DNA from: Balanoglossus misakiensis
Taxonomy: Eukaryota > Animalia > Hemichordata
Length of the DNA stretch: 64,000 nucleotides
Assembly: GCA_040954595.2 (NCBI GenBank)
Contig: CM082584.2
Span: forward strand, 2,697,344-2,761,343
Reading direction: 5' to 3'
Both the position numbers and the translations under genes were made by a program. Shown here in pieces: positions 1 to 12,200 of this stretch. Within the stretch, counting starts at the first letter, position 1. The number at the start of each line of letters is the position of its first letter. The notes below the pieces were generated by a model, which was not told the DNA's origin, searched no databases, and saw nothing but the letters and a program-made list of their open reading frames with translations.

Positions 1-134
1 ATTTTCATCCAAATCAAGTCACAACAAACTGTCCTTGTAACTTTTATACTCATGTGTATCACTACAATTTCATTTAATCTCTATATTATAAAAGTTACAA
101 GGAGAGTTTGTTGTGACTTGATTTGGATGAAAAT
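1..134. repeat. 48-bp inverted repeat (1-48 / 87-134) with 38-nt spacer; may extend past the window start
   Basis: attttcatccaaatcaagtcacaacaaactgtccttgtaacttttata is the reverse complement of tataaaagttacaaggagagtttgttgtgacttgatttggatgaaaat with one mismatch. Confidence 0.9.
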
Positions 135-147
135 AAAATAAACATCT

Positions 148-428
148 TCGACAAAGCTTCAAAAATTAAGCTTGTTTAAAGGTTTGTTTAGTAAAGCATT
201 GTTGATTTTTTTTCACCAAGCTTTGAAGACGCTTGGCCAAAGATTGGAATTATAAGGTTTCTCAAAGGTCAGTACAGCTTAGGTTCAACTAAGGCTAGTA
301 ATAAGAAGCTTCAGCGAAGGTTGGCACACGACACGACCCCTTCAGCAAAGGTCGGCACGCAAACTCTTGTAGCAAGCTTCAGCACAAAGCTTTTTGCAAC
401 ATTGTTCCAAGCTTTGTCCAAGGTACTG
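148..428 (-). mobile_element. Probable terminus of a non-autonomous DNA transposon with AAGCTT-rich subterminal repeats
   Basis: Repeated AAGCTT / CTTCAGC motifs end in ...aagctttgtccaaggtactg (rc CAGTACCTTGGACAAAG), a CAGT-type terminus like that of the 13888-16719 element; the partner end is not in the window. Confidence 0.35.
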
Positions 429-479
429 CACAATCGCGTGTGTAGAAGGTGCCAAATACAGGCGTTGCATGTATGATAA

Positions 480-2546
480 GGCTGGGCAAATTCAAAATTA
501 TGTTTGACGTCAGCGTGCGCCTAGGTTTACGAGAAATTTCGCAAATACAAACAAATATGCAAATGAGGTCAAACGGGGTCATTGATGTCATATGTCTGTT
601 CGTCTCACTATGTCCTCCTATCGACCGTGGTTGTTGCATGACGAGAACGTGTCGTCTGTAGGTTTCAAAGTCGCCTGTGGGTAAAATTGGAGAAAGATGG
701 CAAAAGATGTTCATAAAATGAGAGTACGCGAAATTATAAGTTGCAGAGTTACACAGAACAAGAAGGTGGCAATAGATTGGTATGCCTTCGAAGTCAGTCC
801 AAATGACAGCTTCGCTGCGCTGTACAAAGGGCTAGTTCTCCTTAGTCAGACTAAACACGATCGGTTCAAAACAAAAATTGCAAAAGATGGCAGAACGTCT
901 TGTTACCTGTTACAGTCGGAAAAATGTGGTGAAGGTGAGAAGATAGAGGTGTGTCCACGATTGTCTATCGCAAAAACGTGTGATCGGTTCCACAAGTATT
1001 ACATTCTTTTTGATGTAAAATCAAAAGGAGACGAAAATACCAACGCTGACGTAGTGCAAACTCAGAAAGATGTTAATAGACCAGTCAGAATTATGGAGGT
1101 ACCTCCATGGTCAGAATGAAAGGTGATTTCAAGGCTGTCCATGTGATCCAAGGTTAGTAAAACATTATTTTATTTACAATTTTGTTGTATGTCAGTGAAT
1201 AAATGTTGTGTATGACCATACTGCAGCCCAGAACAAGTTGTCTGAGCCAATTTTTTGCATTCCACATATAGACTGAAAACAAATTTGCTAAAATAAATTT
1301 TGTTTGAGTAGAATTACAAACTCTGATTTTTGTATCATTTAGTAGCACAGAACTTGGCACTATTCTGTTATAACTCTACAGCTTTGCCTTCTGTAGTGTT
1401 GGCCTAAGTAAGTACAGTTTATGCTGTAGTACCTGTAAAGTCATGTAAACATCCATTTAATTTATACTTTTTTCTTTGCAAAAGATCCTGTTCCGGATGA
1501 AAGTGGGGACCACTTTGAAAGGTTTACAGAAGTCCAAGGCAGACCAACACGTGAAATTAATTGCCCCAGCAGAAAGGGACTGGTACTTGATGCAGAAAAC
1601 ACCAACTTCAGGCTGAGTGGTGAAAAGTTGGAGCTGTGGACTGGTGCCCTGCATAGATTGCAAAAAGCCCGGGTATGGTAAAGCATTGTATACAGTACTA
1701 TATTGGACATTTTAATATCCATTGTAAATTGGATATTCCTTTCTCATTTGTCAATTTACCACACTGCAAGCCATACAATGTAGTAAATAATGTGTATTGT
1801 GAAAAAGTGAAGAGAAAGGGACTGAACCTCGTACACTGAGACATTAACAGTGTCTTGTTATGTGTTTTCTATGTATATGTACATGTATATTAAAAAATTA
1901 ATACAACTAAGACTTCTCTGTTTTTTATTTCTCTTTGATAGGTGTATTTATCTGCAAAGAGGCTTGATTCACAGCAAAAAAAACAGCAACTTCAGGTATT
2001 CCTAGATGATGGTCTTTATACCTGTGGCGGGGTACTAGTAAAACCAAGTCATCCTCTCTATGGAACGTGTGTTGTGAGCCAGAATCAGAGTTAAATTTGT
2101 TAAATTTTCAACTGTTAAATTTTCAACAGTTCCACTTCGCCAGAAAATGTTGTGTTTTGACTGTTTTCATGAGCAAGTTGTACAGAACTGATGGACTTCA
2201 TCAAATGGAAATTGTGACTGTCAAAATGTTTGGCTGAAACTTTTTTCAATAAAATTGTTCAACTGATATATGCGTATGTGCATTAATATTGAATTTACTG
2301 TTTACTCAGTATCTTTGAACGTGACACTGTAAACGTCTGTGGAATAATTTAGATGTAAAATATGTTTAAAGTTTAAGGACAAGGGTTTTCTTCAATGGAT
2401 ATTTGCTTTCAATTTCTCATAATATCTCATTTGCATATTTTGGAATATATAATTAGTTTGTTTTGTTGACCACCCCCCCCCCCCCCCCCCTCATAGGTTT
2501 TGGGGTCTTGGGGTGACGTCAAACATAGTTTTGAATTTGCGCAGCC
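480..2546 (+). mobile_element. Zator-type DNA transposon, internally deleted (non-autonomous), 2067 bp
   Basis: 33-bp TIRs at 480-512 (ggctgggcaaattcaaaattatgtttgacgtca) and 2514-2546, 2 mismatches; 5'-GG termini; TAA at 477-479 and 2547-2549 is the TWA TSD typical of Zator. Confidence 0.88.
697..2094 (+). pseudogene. Remnant of the element's spliced transposase gene: N-terminal ORF plus C-terminal Cys-rich exons, DDE core missing
   Basis: ORF from 697 (MAKDVHKM...). Exon ~1485-1672 reads PVPDESGDHFERFTEVQGRPTREINCPS...(frameshift) CIDCKKP. Exon from 1942 (ttgatag|) reads CIY(S)AKRL...LDDGLYTCGG. From memory this resembles the PxPD..H(Y/F)..F.EV.G..T.E..(R/C)PS...CxxCxKPRxxY...YxCG tail of invertebrate Zator-like transposases; frameshifted. 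Confidence 0.6.
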
Positions 2547-2692
2547 TAATAGAGAGGTTCGTCTACACGTTATATGCGAACGTGAACGCGCAACGTCACG
2601 AATTTCTGTTATGACGTCATCAAGTTTTGTGTAAAGTTTGACGTTCACATAAAAGACCGCGTTTTTACATGGAGATAGATGTTTTCACGTTA

Positions 2693-4032
2693 GGCCAAAA
2701 AAAAAAGAGTTTTGTTTAGCGTCCAAGCAAAATCTCAAAATTGATGCGGTGACGCGGCTTCTTTTTTTTTTTTTTTTTTTTTTTTTTTTCTTCTTCTGCG
2801 AAACAAGAACAGCAAATATTTCTTTTATAGTCCAAAATTAAGGGGGGATTTGGTCAAAGTAGGGGGTAATCATGATTTGCATAATTTATGTTAATTAGGT
2901 AAACATCAAGGAATGACAATTTTGAACATTAACTTACTAACTGCCTAATTCCATATTAAAAACAGCATAAGTAAATTACAACATTTTACATGTGAACTTG
3001 ACAACATATTAACAGTTACAGTTTTTTCTACTTTAAATTAGTAGATTTTGCAGAGGAAGACAACAGCTTGCATAACTTTCAGGGCATGTAATTTAAAAAA
3101 TGCTGGCGAGCTGAAAATAACTCTCCTGAAATTAATTACACAAGTGTTTGGTAGGAGAGTGACTGATTAACTGCTCCCCTGGCAAGTAGAGTGAAATGAA
3201 TAAAATAAATGCAACTGCAAAAACAATAGTGTCTTTCTTTAATTTTATACCTGAGAAAAAAATTTCTTGTTTGATTTTAAAAGTTTCACTTTTATAGCTG
3301 CCAAAATATTAGATTGTGAAACCATTAATAGTTAAATAAATTGAAGTGGTATATATTCCTTCAGATTTCTGCCTACACTTCCCCATCTGTGGCTAGGCAC
3401 ACTACTCAAATAAACAGTCTCTGTACATATTGAATGACTTTCCTTCCTAAGTAAGAAAACAAGGTCATGGAAAACTGATACATTCTTGATAATCGCCATG
3501 GCAGGAACGCAGTTTCTTTAATTTGCATAAAATTGTTACATTCTGCCAACCCAATTTCAAAAGTCGCCATAACAACAAGTTCACTTGAGTGCAGAGTGTG
3601 TGCTCTAAATTTAGATGGATCCAGATAGGCTGTTCCAACAATTGCACACTATAGCCCTGGAGCTAAATAACACGCAATTGAATGTGAAAGTCATCTACAA
3701 CATAGTTTTGGGGGGTGGGAAGTTAAAATGTATAGGCCAGCACGCAGTAATATCGGCCGTTTTCCCAGTGTTTTGACTGACGGTGTCTACTATGGAGGCT
3801 TGGACGCGCATGTACTGGCTGGGTGGGCTGCTCACGAAGGGGCGATTGTCGACCCCTGAACTTGTTACAAGGGGCGCTTCAAGTGTAAAAGAGGGGGAAT
3901 CGCGTGATCGCACGTCCTGGAGAAAACACAGTTGATTTCCGGGTTCGAAAATTACGAAAAAAAAGCCTCGACGCGCATGTTTAAAAGTGACGCGCGCGAG
4001 GACGCTAAACAAAACTCTTTTTTTTTTTGGCC
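2693..4032. mobile_element. Non-autonomous Zator-type TIR element, 1340 bp
   Basis: TIRs ggcc(a)10gagttttgtttagcgtcc at 2693-2724 and ggacgctaaacaaaactc(t)11ggcc at 4000-4032; TTA at 2690-2692 and 4033-4035 (TWA TSD); no convincing internal ORF. Confidence 0.88.
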
Positions 4033-4659
4033 TTAGTTGCGAACGTGAAAAGTTATTCTCATTTTGGGCAACAAAAATTCATATTATCTACGAAATATGT
4101 GTATGCCTTGTTAGCTTGAAATCTCATAATGACAAACGAAAACGCATTTATTTCTTTTTAGTCATTTTATGTGAAATTTGGTCATCAATTTGTAATGTCG
4201 CCCGACAGTTGAATCCCTAGTTGCAGTGCAGCGACGCGGAATAATGATGTACACGCTCAAAATTCGAATACAGAGTGCGCGTTCCACACAAACAGACGTT
4301 GACGTAAAGCCAAATTCTTTTCCATAGAGAGGTTTAGTTACACGTAAATACGCGTACGTCTGATGGCAGGCAGTGGCGTTCGCGTATGCGTAGTGACGCG
4401 TGAATTTTGCAGTTTAGTTGTCCGTTTTGAACAGCTCGTCTCTGATCTTCTCGACAACAATGTGTTTTACTACTCAGATAATGAAACAGCACGGCAACAA
4501 ATCCTGTATGTGGTGGGACGTTTATCAACAAGACGCAAATGGTCCAAATCCTCAAGGTCAAAACGAAACGACAACAACACCGGTGCCGCCAATAACACCA
4601 AGTCACGCGAACGGCAGCAGTAACAACAACAATGACATCAACGACAGGTACGGAAATTG

Positions 4660-6350
4660 TCAAGTTTCAAATGAAGAAATGGTTGATTTCGTTAGGCACC
4701 AAATCCCAAAGAACATAATCAGAAAACACCGAACTGACATAAACCAGCTTCAAACTTGGCTTAATTTGACCCAGTCAGAGTATCGTGAAGTCCATCTTAT
4801 CCCACCACACGAACTGGACAACTACTGAGCAAATACCAGAAAACGAGATTGAACTGAATATGTAGCCCGGAGACCAGGGCGTCGAAAAGAAACGCCCGGT
4901 GACAGTCTCTATTTACGCACAGAATTTTGTGCGCAGAACGACACGGGCGGTAAATCTTGCATGTAAGCTAATTGGTCACTCAATGTAAACCAAATGACAT
5001 CATCGCATTCTAAATAAGAAAATAGAGGCGTGAAATTCCCGCGATGGGATGTGGGAGTGGTTTTGAAGGAGTATGAATATTCATAACCAAGCTTTGTTAA
5101 TTATATCATCCAACCACTGGCGCCCGTCAACATTTGATAGATCACTCGTTATCCATTCGTTACTAAGCGACCCTGATCGTAGCCGGGGCTACTATCTTTC
5201 AGCTCAGCATGACATTGCTCGACTGTTGTATTTTAGATCGACGCCCTGGTCTCCGGGCTACTGAATATGAGCCAGCGACAATGCACAGTTTCCTGAATTC
5301 AATCGACCGACTATTACGTGAAAATAAATATCAGTGGAATATTAAAACGGATGCTCTTTTCGAGGGCGCTAGACGAGTCTTCGCTGCTAAAAGAAGAACC
5401 TAAAAGCTATGGGCTAGGGCAACGCACCCAATAAAACCGAGCCACTAACTGCCGACGACGTCGATGCACTTTACAATACTGGACAGCTTGGTATGCATCG
5501 CCCAGCAGCACTTCAGAATACCGTGTGGTGGTTTCTAACAACCCAGTTCGGCCTACACCATGGAACTGGGTGATATTGTCGAGGGCACCGAAGTCATCGA
5601 TGGCGATATCGTGAAATATATCGAATACAACATCGAGAGACAGACAATAACAAGACAAGGAGAAAACCCACGAAACACGAGAAAAATAAAGCCCAGAATG
5701 TACGAAAATAAATCAAACCCAGAACTGTGTCCGGTTGCAGCTTTTAAGAAGTTTACCGAAATGCGTCCAACGTCAATGATGGCTGCCGTTAGTCCAGTTT
5801 ACCTCGCCGTAAATCACAAATACAATGCATCTGACGAGAACAACTGGTACAAGAATCAGCGACTGGGCATCAACTCCCTCAGAGGCCTGATGAAAACTAT
5901 GGCACAAGCGGCGAATCTTAGCAGTAAGAAAACGAACCATTCAGCTCGGACGACCCTAGTTACAGAACTGAACAACGTGGATGTACCCTCGACTCATATC
6001 ATGCAACGGACAGCACACAAGAACGTCAACAGCATCACTCACTACGCCACAGTGTCACAGAAACAACAGCTAAAAATGTCCTCCATCATGAGCAACATGA
6101 AATCGGCCCCATCGTCAACTAGGCCTAACCCGCAAACGGACACAACAACTGCACAGTCATCAGATGACACCCGTAATGTTCATTCAAGTTCACTGTTTGG
6201 CCCTGGTCAAACGATAACGGGCGGTACATTCACTTCAGTATAAATATCAACCAGCCACTGAGATCAAACATGGGCGACAACGCATCGCAATATAAGCCAA
6301 TAAGAAAACGGATTTATGTTATAGATTCGGACAGTGACTCTGAGTGTTAA
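4660..6350 (+). pseudogene. Crypton-type tyrosine recombinase (DUF3504 / ZMYM-KIAA1958-QRICH1-like), decayed
   Basis: Pieced translation: VSNEEMVDFVRHQIPKN...IPPHELDNY / RKRD*TEYEPATMHSFLNSIDRLLRE / GNAPNKTEPLTADDVDALYNTGQLG...LQNTVWWFLTTQFGL / ELCPVAAFKKF...RP...WYKNQRLGINSL...KTNHSARTT...RTAHKNVNSITHY / KRIYVIDSDSD. HxxR and H...Y catalytic motifs are present; the first catalytic Arg after FGL is deleted; several stops and frameshifts. Confidence 0.88.
4863..5260. mobile_element. 398-bp MITE with 9-bp TSD (Academ/AcademH-like TAG...CTA termini; MULE not excluded) inserted in the Crypton ORF
   Basis: TIR tagcccggagaccagggcgtcga / tcgacgccctggtctccgggcta; ctgaatatg at 4854-4862 and 5261-5269; removing it restores ...RD*TEYEP... 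Confidence 0.85.
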
Positions 6351-7140
6351 ATGTTGAGTGAACTGAGTTTCATATTTAGGGGTTGCCTGTTCAAGTGTTC
6401 ACACTATATTTCATATTAAAGCTAGGACTGTTATGTTTGTAAGTTCAGTATTTCGCCGTTAAGGGCCTGGTCAGAATTAACAGGGGGGAAGGCCGGTGCG
6501 ATTGGGGGGAGGGTCACCATTTCTCATGCAACGGTTTGGGGGAGGGCCGCTACATTTTGGGCACTTGTCAAGGGGAGGGTCACTAATTTTTGTGCAAGGA
6601 TGACACCGAAAATGTTTCAAAATTTGAAGTGTTACAGAGAAATACTGAAAAGAGACTTGCGCTCATAGGCACTCATGTATGGATATATTGACATCCCTTG
6701 TACTACAAAATACACCACACAACTCACAAAACATACACATGTACCAGTATGTGATCTTAAATATGAATATATGAATACAAATCTTTAATCAGAACAAACA
6801 CAATCATAAAAGAACTTATGTAAGAAATGTACTTTTCGCAAAAATAACTTAATACATAAATATACAGTTTTTTATGAAAAGGTGACGTCCGAGTCCATTT
6901 GTATGTGGCAGAGATTATTGATGCTTTCTGCATATTGTCATTGTGACGACTGCGCTGGGGTGTCCCCATCTTGCTCTTACAATGTGACAACATGCAGAAT
7001 GCCTCAATAATCTCTGCCAAATAAAAATGGACTCGGACGCTGCCACCTAGCCAATAATAAGACACTTCGGTTTATTTATACTAGTATGCTGTCACCGCTA
7101 TTAAAGTACTGTTACTGCTACTACTGTAAAACAATGCATT

Positions 7141-9016
7141 CTACCCATCCCCTTGATGGTCACCACTCCCCTCCTCTTCCTTTTCCTCATCCACCCTCCC
7201 CTCATCATCATCATCATCATCATCATCGTTGTCATCATTATCATCATCAGCATCACAGCTGTTGTAGTCATTGTCACTGTGAAAGTTTATGGCCCAGTCT
7301 TTGTGGGACAAGCAATCTGCGATTAAATCAAATGCACCATTTGTGATTTTGCTTTCTCTTTTCAGTAATTTTATGTATTTCACATCTCTTAGATATAGTC
7401 TTCCGACACCTTCAAAATGAATTTTGTCATCTGTGATGACAGAATTATGTATGTCACATGATGGGGCAATAATACTAGCTACTCTTCTTTTGCCAGCATT
7501 ATCTCTGTTTTCTCTACGTTTCTTAGCTAGCCTCCTATTTGGTTTCTTTTTACGTTTAATACTTGTGTACTTCATGTAATGAAAAGAAAACATTTCATGT
7601 ACTTTCTGCTTCCTGTGCTTCAACTTTATTTCTAACTCTTCAATTTGCTTATTCAACTCTTCAATTAAAGTTAAACATTTGGTGTTGAAATGGACGGCAC
7701 ACTCGTGGCCAGATTTTATTTTTCCATTTTTTGTATAGCATTGCTGGGTATCAGAAAGAAGTTTATCTTTCTCTTGTTGAAGAGATGTTTTGATTTCTCC
7801 AACTTTATGTTCATTCTGTTCTATAATTCTGCTGTGATGAGGTTTTAAAATCTCAGAAGCAAGAACGACACCAAAAGCTGCTGGGTTGTTAGTGCTTGTC
7901 ACTTTCTCCACATCATTTTGGAAGCGCTCAAATTTCATTTCCAACTCGTATTGACGCCGTCCCTCTTCATGAAACTTCTTGCAGAAGTCTCTTGTGTTTT
8001 TGCTCCACTTAAAATTTGCTGAGTAAAAGTCTGGTAAGACCCGGTTCATGAAGACTGCCCGCTTTGTTTTACCATTAGGAATATAACCATATTTAGGTTG
8101 CATCCACGGTTTCTGCTTGCTGCTCTCACCTGCACCTGACTTGGATTGGCTGGGTTGGAGAAATGACTCCTTGCTGGGAATTGGGTGTTTCAGAATGCTC
8201 CTTTTGAACCTATTGAGTCGCTTTATTTCAATAGACAGTCCTGAAATCAATAAAAATACGGATAAAAGGCTAAATGACTACATACAAGTTTACATGGGTA
8301 TTTTATGCACAAGGCAAAACATCAGTCAATATCCCAATACATGATATATGATATTTGATTTATGCATTATTACAGAAAAGCCAAATTTAATTCTTAATTG
8401 TTGTCTATCAAACGAGTATAAAAGTATAAAAGCAGCCTGCATTTATTTCTAATATCTGTTGATGCAATTTTCAGGGATATAAATTTGAAAGAAATGGTCA
8501 TCTCTACACATTGCCACTAGCTATTGCACCTGTGATTCAGAGCACTTTTTTCCATAAAAAATAATGTACAACTAAGAATAGATGCATTTTTTTAATCGGC
8601 AGATATTCTAGATCTAAGAGGTATATAACATTTTTCAAACTGGGTAGAAATATTGTTTATATTAAACCCCAGCTACAATTTCATCTGAGTTTTAAACGCT
8701 AAAAGCTATCGTAGACGTTACGGTAGGTGTCAAAATTAAAGTTCCGGTCAAAGTTGCAGGGCGATGCATGAAAACACACACACTGCCTGTCTGATTACAG
8801 GCAGCGACTGACTCCGCAGCCGCAGACAGAGCTGAGATGAGATGAGATTCCACACTTACCAATATCTTTAAGGTCGTCGTCATCAACATCAACTAGATGC
8901 TTTGCTTTTTGAACACCGGCGTCTAAAAAATATTGCGTGTAATTGTGCAGGTCACACATTTGCAAGAAATCAGCAATGTTGCTCTCATCAGATGTTGGCT
9001 GCTCTTCCACTGCCAT
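7141..9016 (-). CDS. Two-exon 418-aa protein: N-terminal SAM-like domain, coiled coil, Lys/Arg-rich NLS-like patch, Asp/Glu tail
   Basis: Exon 1 9016-8860 (ATG in atcATGG context; donor G|gtaagt); exon 2 8240-7141 (acceptor ttgatttcag|). The phase-1 join gives IADFLQMCDLHNYTQYFLDAGV...LVDVDDDDLKDIG-LSIEIKRL, a SAM pattern; the 1257-nt frame has no stops. Confidence 0.8.
7202..7256. repeat. (TCA)n microsatellite encoding the poly-Asp tail of the minus-strand gene
   Basis: tcatcatcatcatcatcatcatcatcgttgtcatcattatcatcatcagcatca. Confidence 0.9.
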
Positions 9017-9257
9017 GATGACACTATGGAGGTACACGTGTGTAGAATGTTATGATGGGAAGTTCACCTCTTTTCCGAAAGCTCAAGATTTTAAAAAAAA
9101 TATTTCACAAAACGAAAATTAAATTACATTTCAGTGATAAAAAATCACATAATACTGATTTTAATGCAAAAATGCCACCTTTGGTGTGAATGTACCAAGC
9201 GCGCGATAAATTCCCGCGATAAATACACACGTGACCTTTTTACTGTTCAAAATCAAA
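9017..9257. promoter_or_regulatory. Putative bidirectional promoter between the two divergent genes (241 bp)
   Basis: Head-to-head ATGs at 9016(-) and 9258(+); a CACGTG E-box near each ATG (~9035, ~9228); gcgcgataaattcccgcgat at ~9199-9220; caaaATGGCT start context. Confidence 0.5.
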
Positions 9258-12200
9258 ATGGCTGATGTCGCTCTCGGTCCGTCTTCTAAAGAAAGCGAGA
9301 AAGATCGCGTCAAGTTGACATTTTCGGAGAGGAGAAGTGCCTCGCGGAAGCAGTCCAAGGTTGGTGGCGGGTACGAACGTGTATCACAACAAACGTGTAA
9401 ACCGGAACAATGTGAGGAGAAGCTCGAGGCACTCTTGGACGTGCACAGAAAAGCGCCCGAGAAACAGAAAATCGTCCAAGGCCTGCTGTATGTTGTACAC
9501 CAATTGATGGTGAGAAGTGATTTTGATGGAAAGGTGAAAGGGTATTTACGCTTCAAAGATGCCTATGGACTGTATTGCGGATTTTTTGAAACTCAGCCAA
9601 CTGAACATGAATTCCGTGACCAACTGCTACATCCTGACCACGTACTCAATGTAACAGTTGTCACACTGGCAGGGTGTAGATATATCATACTCAATAACAG
9701 TTTTGTTAGCTTTACTGATTTGTTCGTAGAACTAGAACATGCTACAGATCGCAAAGATACTGCAAGATTTCCTTTGACAATCGAATCCCTGCATGATATC
9801 ATTGCAACCATGGACACAGAGTATGATAAATCTGTTGTGAAAGCTGTTCTTTTTGCATCAAACTCAAGAAATGACATGCATATGCTTGGAGTAAAACCAA
9901 ACAGAGCTGTACAGTTTCTTTCCAAAGTGTTAGTTTCTGCAGAAGAATTCAAAAATGCCACTGAAGCAGCCCAAGATGTCCTTGTTCGTAGGGTGAAGGA
10001 AAAGATTAACAAAATAGTACAGCAAATAGAAGATGTTGATGCCAGACTAGACAGTTGTAGTTTGTCTGATAAAAGAAGAAGTGATCTATGTGCAGAGAGA
10101 GATTGCTTAGAAAAACGAAAGCGGGAATTAGCATTATTGTTAACTCCAGAAGATAAAAGTAGTAGGAGACGAGCCCTGCAATCTAAGAAGCGGATCGCTC
10201 AAACATTGCTGGAAGAAAATCGGGTAAAGCGTAGAAAGCTTGGAGGAGGTGCACCTCGCCTTCTAGATACAGAGGATGAACTTTTCATCGCAAAAGCTGT
10301 TGAAGAAAAAAGTACAGCACATGGGCGAAGACATAATATTACACTTTACTCTCACCACCGTGTTAAGAAGAGAAATTTTCTGTCCCTAGCGAATTACATG
10401 CTGCTCCAAAGGGGAAAGAAATTAATCAAATCAGCAACAACAGTTCTTAATAGAGGCCGTCCTCGAAATGTACGATCCATACAGGCAAAAGCACACATGG
10501 GGAAGTCCTTGTTTTGTGCCAGAAAGCCACCAAAGACTGAGCTACATTCAATGGAGTCCACTCATCATCAGAGGGCACATGTGAAGAATGCTAAATTTAA
10601 TATGTTTAGCGATTCGGAATGGTCAAACAGCCTTATGATCAGTATGGATGATAAAGCTTACCTAAGACCAGGAACTGATGGTGAGTAAAATTTTGTTGAT
10701 TCATGGATTAAGGGCCCAGGACAAGAAACAGTCCCTTTCCAAACAGTCTCTTCTTTCAAATAGTGAAAAACCCATATGAGCTATATATCATTGGAAAGCA
10801 TGAAGCTGTGTGACATGAAATGTAATCAGTTTTTGTCTTCTGTTTTGGTTTAATAGTTGGAGCAAGAGATGTTAAGAAAGGTGTAATCTATGATGTTACA
10901 AACCCGGAAAAACAGAACAAACTCCCTCAACATGATTTTAGTACGCCTGAAGTACATGTCACTCCGACCTCATTCCGCTTCATCTCTGCCAAAACTGTAA
11001 CTGTTGAAGGTAAGTGTGATTAATGCACTAGTTTGCTGAATATACTTAGTACAGATATCTAAATTGCCAAATATAAAAATCCAAAACATTGTTCACATAT
11101 GTACTTCTTGTACACTTGGGAAATGAGTAATTTAATATAGGAATTGACCAATCAGAATCAACCTGTCTTTATGAGACCTTTTTACATTATCTCCTAATTT
11201 TCTTATTCCCTTATAAGGAAATAAAGAACTTGTCAATTAAAAGGATCAAACTGTGGTGGTGATTCGACCTAAACATTTCATTGGGAGCAGTGGAAGTGTC
11301 TGGGCCTCTGACTACTTGATGTTAAGGTAACATTCTAACAATACCAAAGTATGATTAAATTTTGAGTTTTGTATAGTTGTTGAACAGATACATATCCTGC
11401 CTTACAAATACTAAGTGTGGAGCTACTTCCATACATTTTGGTTTGTAGGAGAGAAGAGCCTGAGCTTTTTGAGAAGCAACAAGGACATTCTTCAAATAAC
11501 CAGGCTTTGAAGATTTTCTATGCACAAGTCCATGATACAGTCTTCCACTTTAAAGGTAGGTTTGCTCTGCCACTGAAGCAATTATTATTAAATACCCTAA
11601 GTCTTGTTTTTTTGCAAAAATAAATAGTTTTTGAAACAAGTAGGCAGGACAAGTCAAAACAAAAGTTTTTTTCAGTATTTTTGTTGTGCCTTTCAACTAC
11701 GCTGGATCCCTGAATCATGATCAAATACCCAGTGTATAGATTCTCAACACAACCTATATGAATATAATTACCATTGTTATTGTTGTAAATTGTTTTCTAA
11801 TCCAGACTAGAATTCATTTGTCAACAATAACAGTGTCATTTCACATATACAGGTTATGTTGAGAGTGAGAATACTAGGCATTTCAGCATGATCTAGAGAA
11901 ACGTAAAGCTGATATACACAGATCCAAAATACTGAAAAAAATAGCCAAAGTTACATCTAATGTCCCTTTAATTAATGCATTTTATTGTACCATAGTCCCC
12001 TTTGTCAGCTAAAGAGGACAATCCTGTTGGTGATTATCCATCCTTTAGTTATGCAGTTCAATTCATGCTTTATAACTACTTTTGTTTATAGATACAACTG
12101 TACAAGAAGATGTTGAATGTGTGACAACTGATCAAAAATGTGTATTTCGCAAATATGAAGGTGACAGGCTGGCTTGGTTGCATCATCATTTGGAGCAGGC

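Noticed and set aside
5560-6243. Intact 227-aa recombinase or domesticated ZMYM/KIAA1958-type host gene
   Set aside because: It is only the 3' fragment of a gene with stops, frameshifts, a MITE insertion and loss of the first catalytic Arg
7086-7346. His/Pro-rich 86-aa ORF on the + strand
   Set aside because: Antisense shadow of the poly-Asp/Glu tail of the minus-strand gene
10708-10810. TTAA-GGG terminus of a Kolobok-like insertion in transposase intron 1
   Set aside because: No partner TIR or second TTAA-flanked end within the short intron
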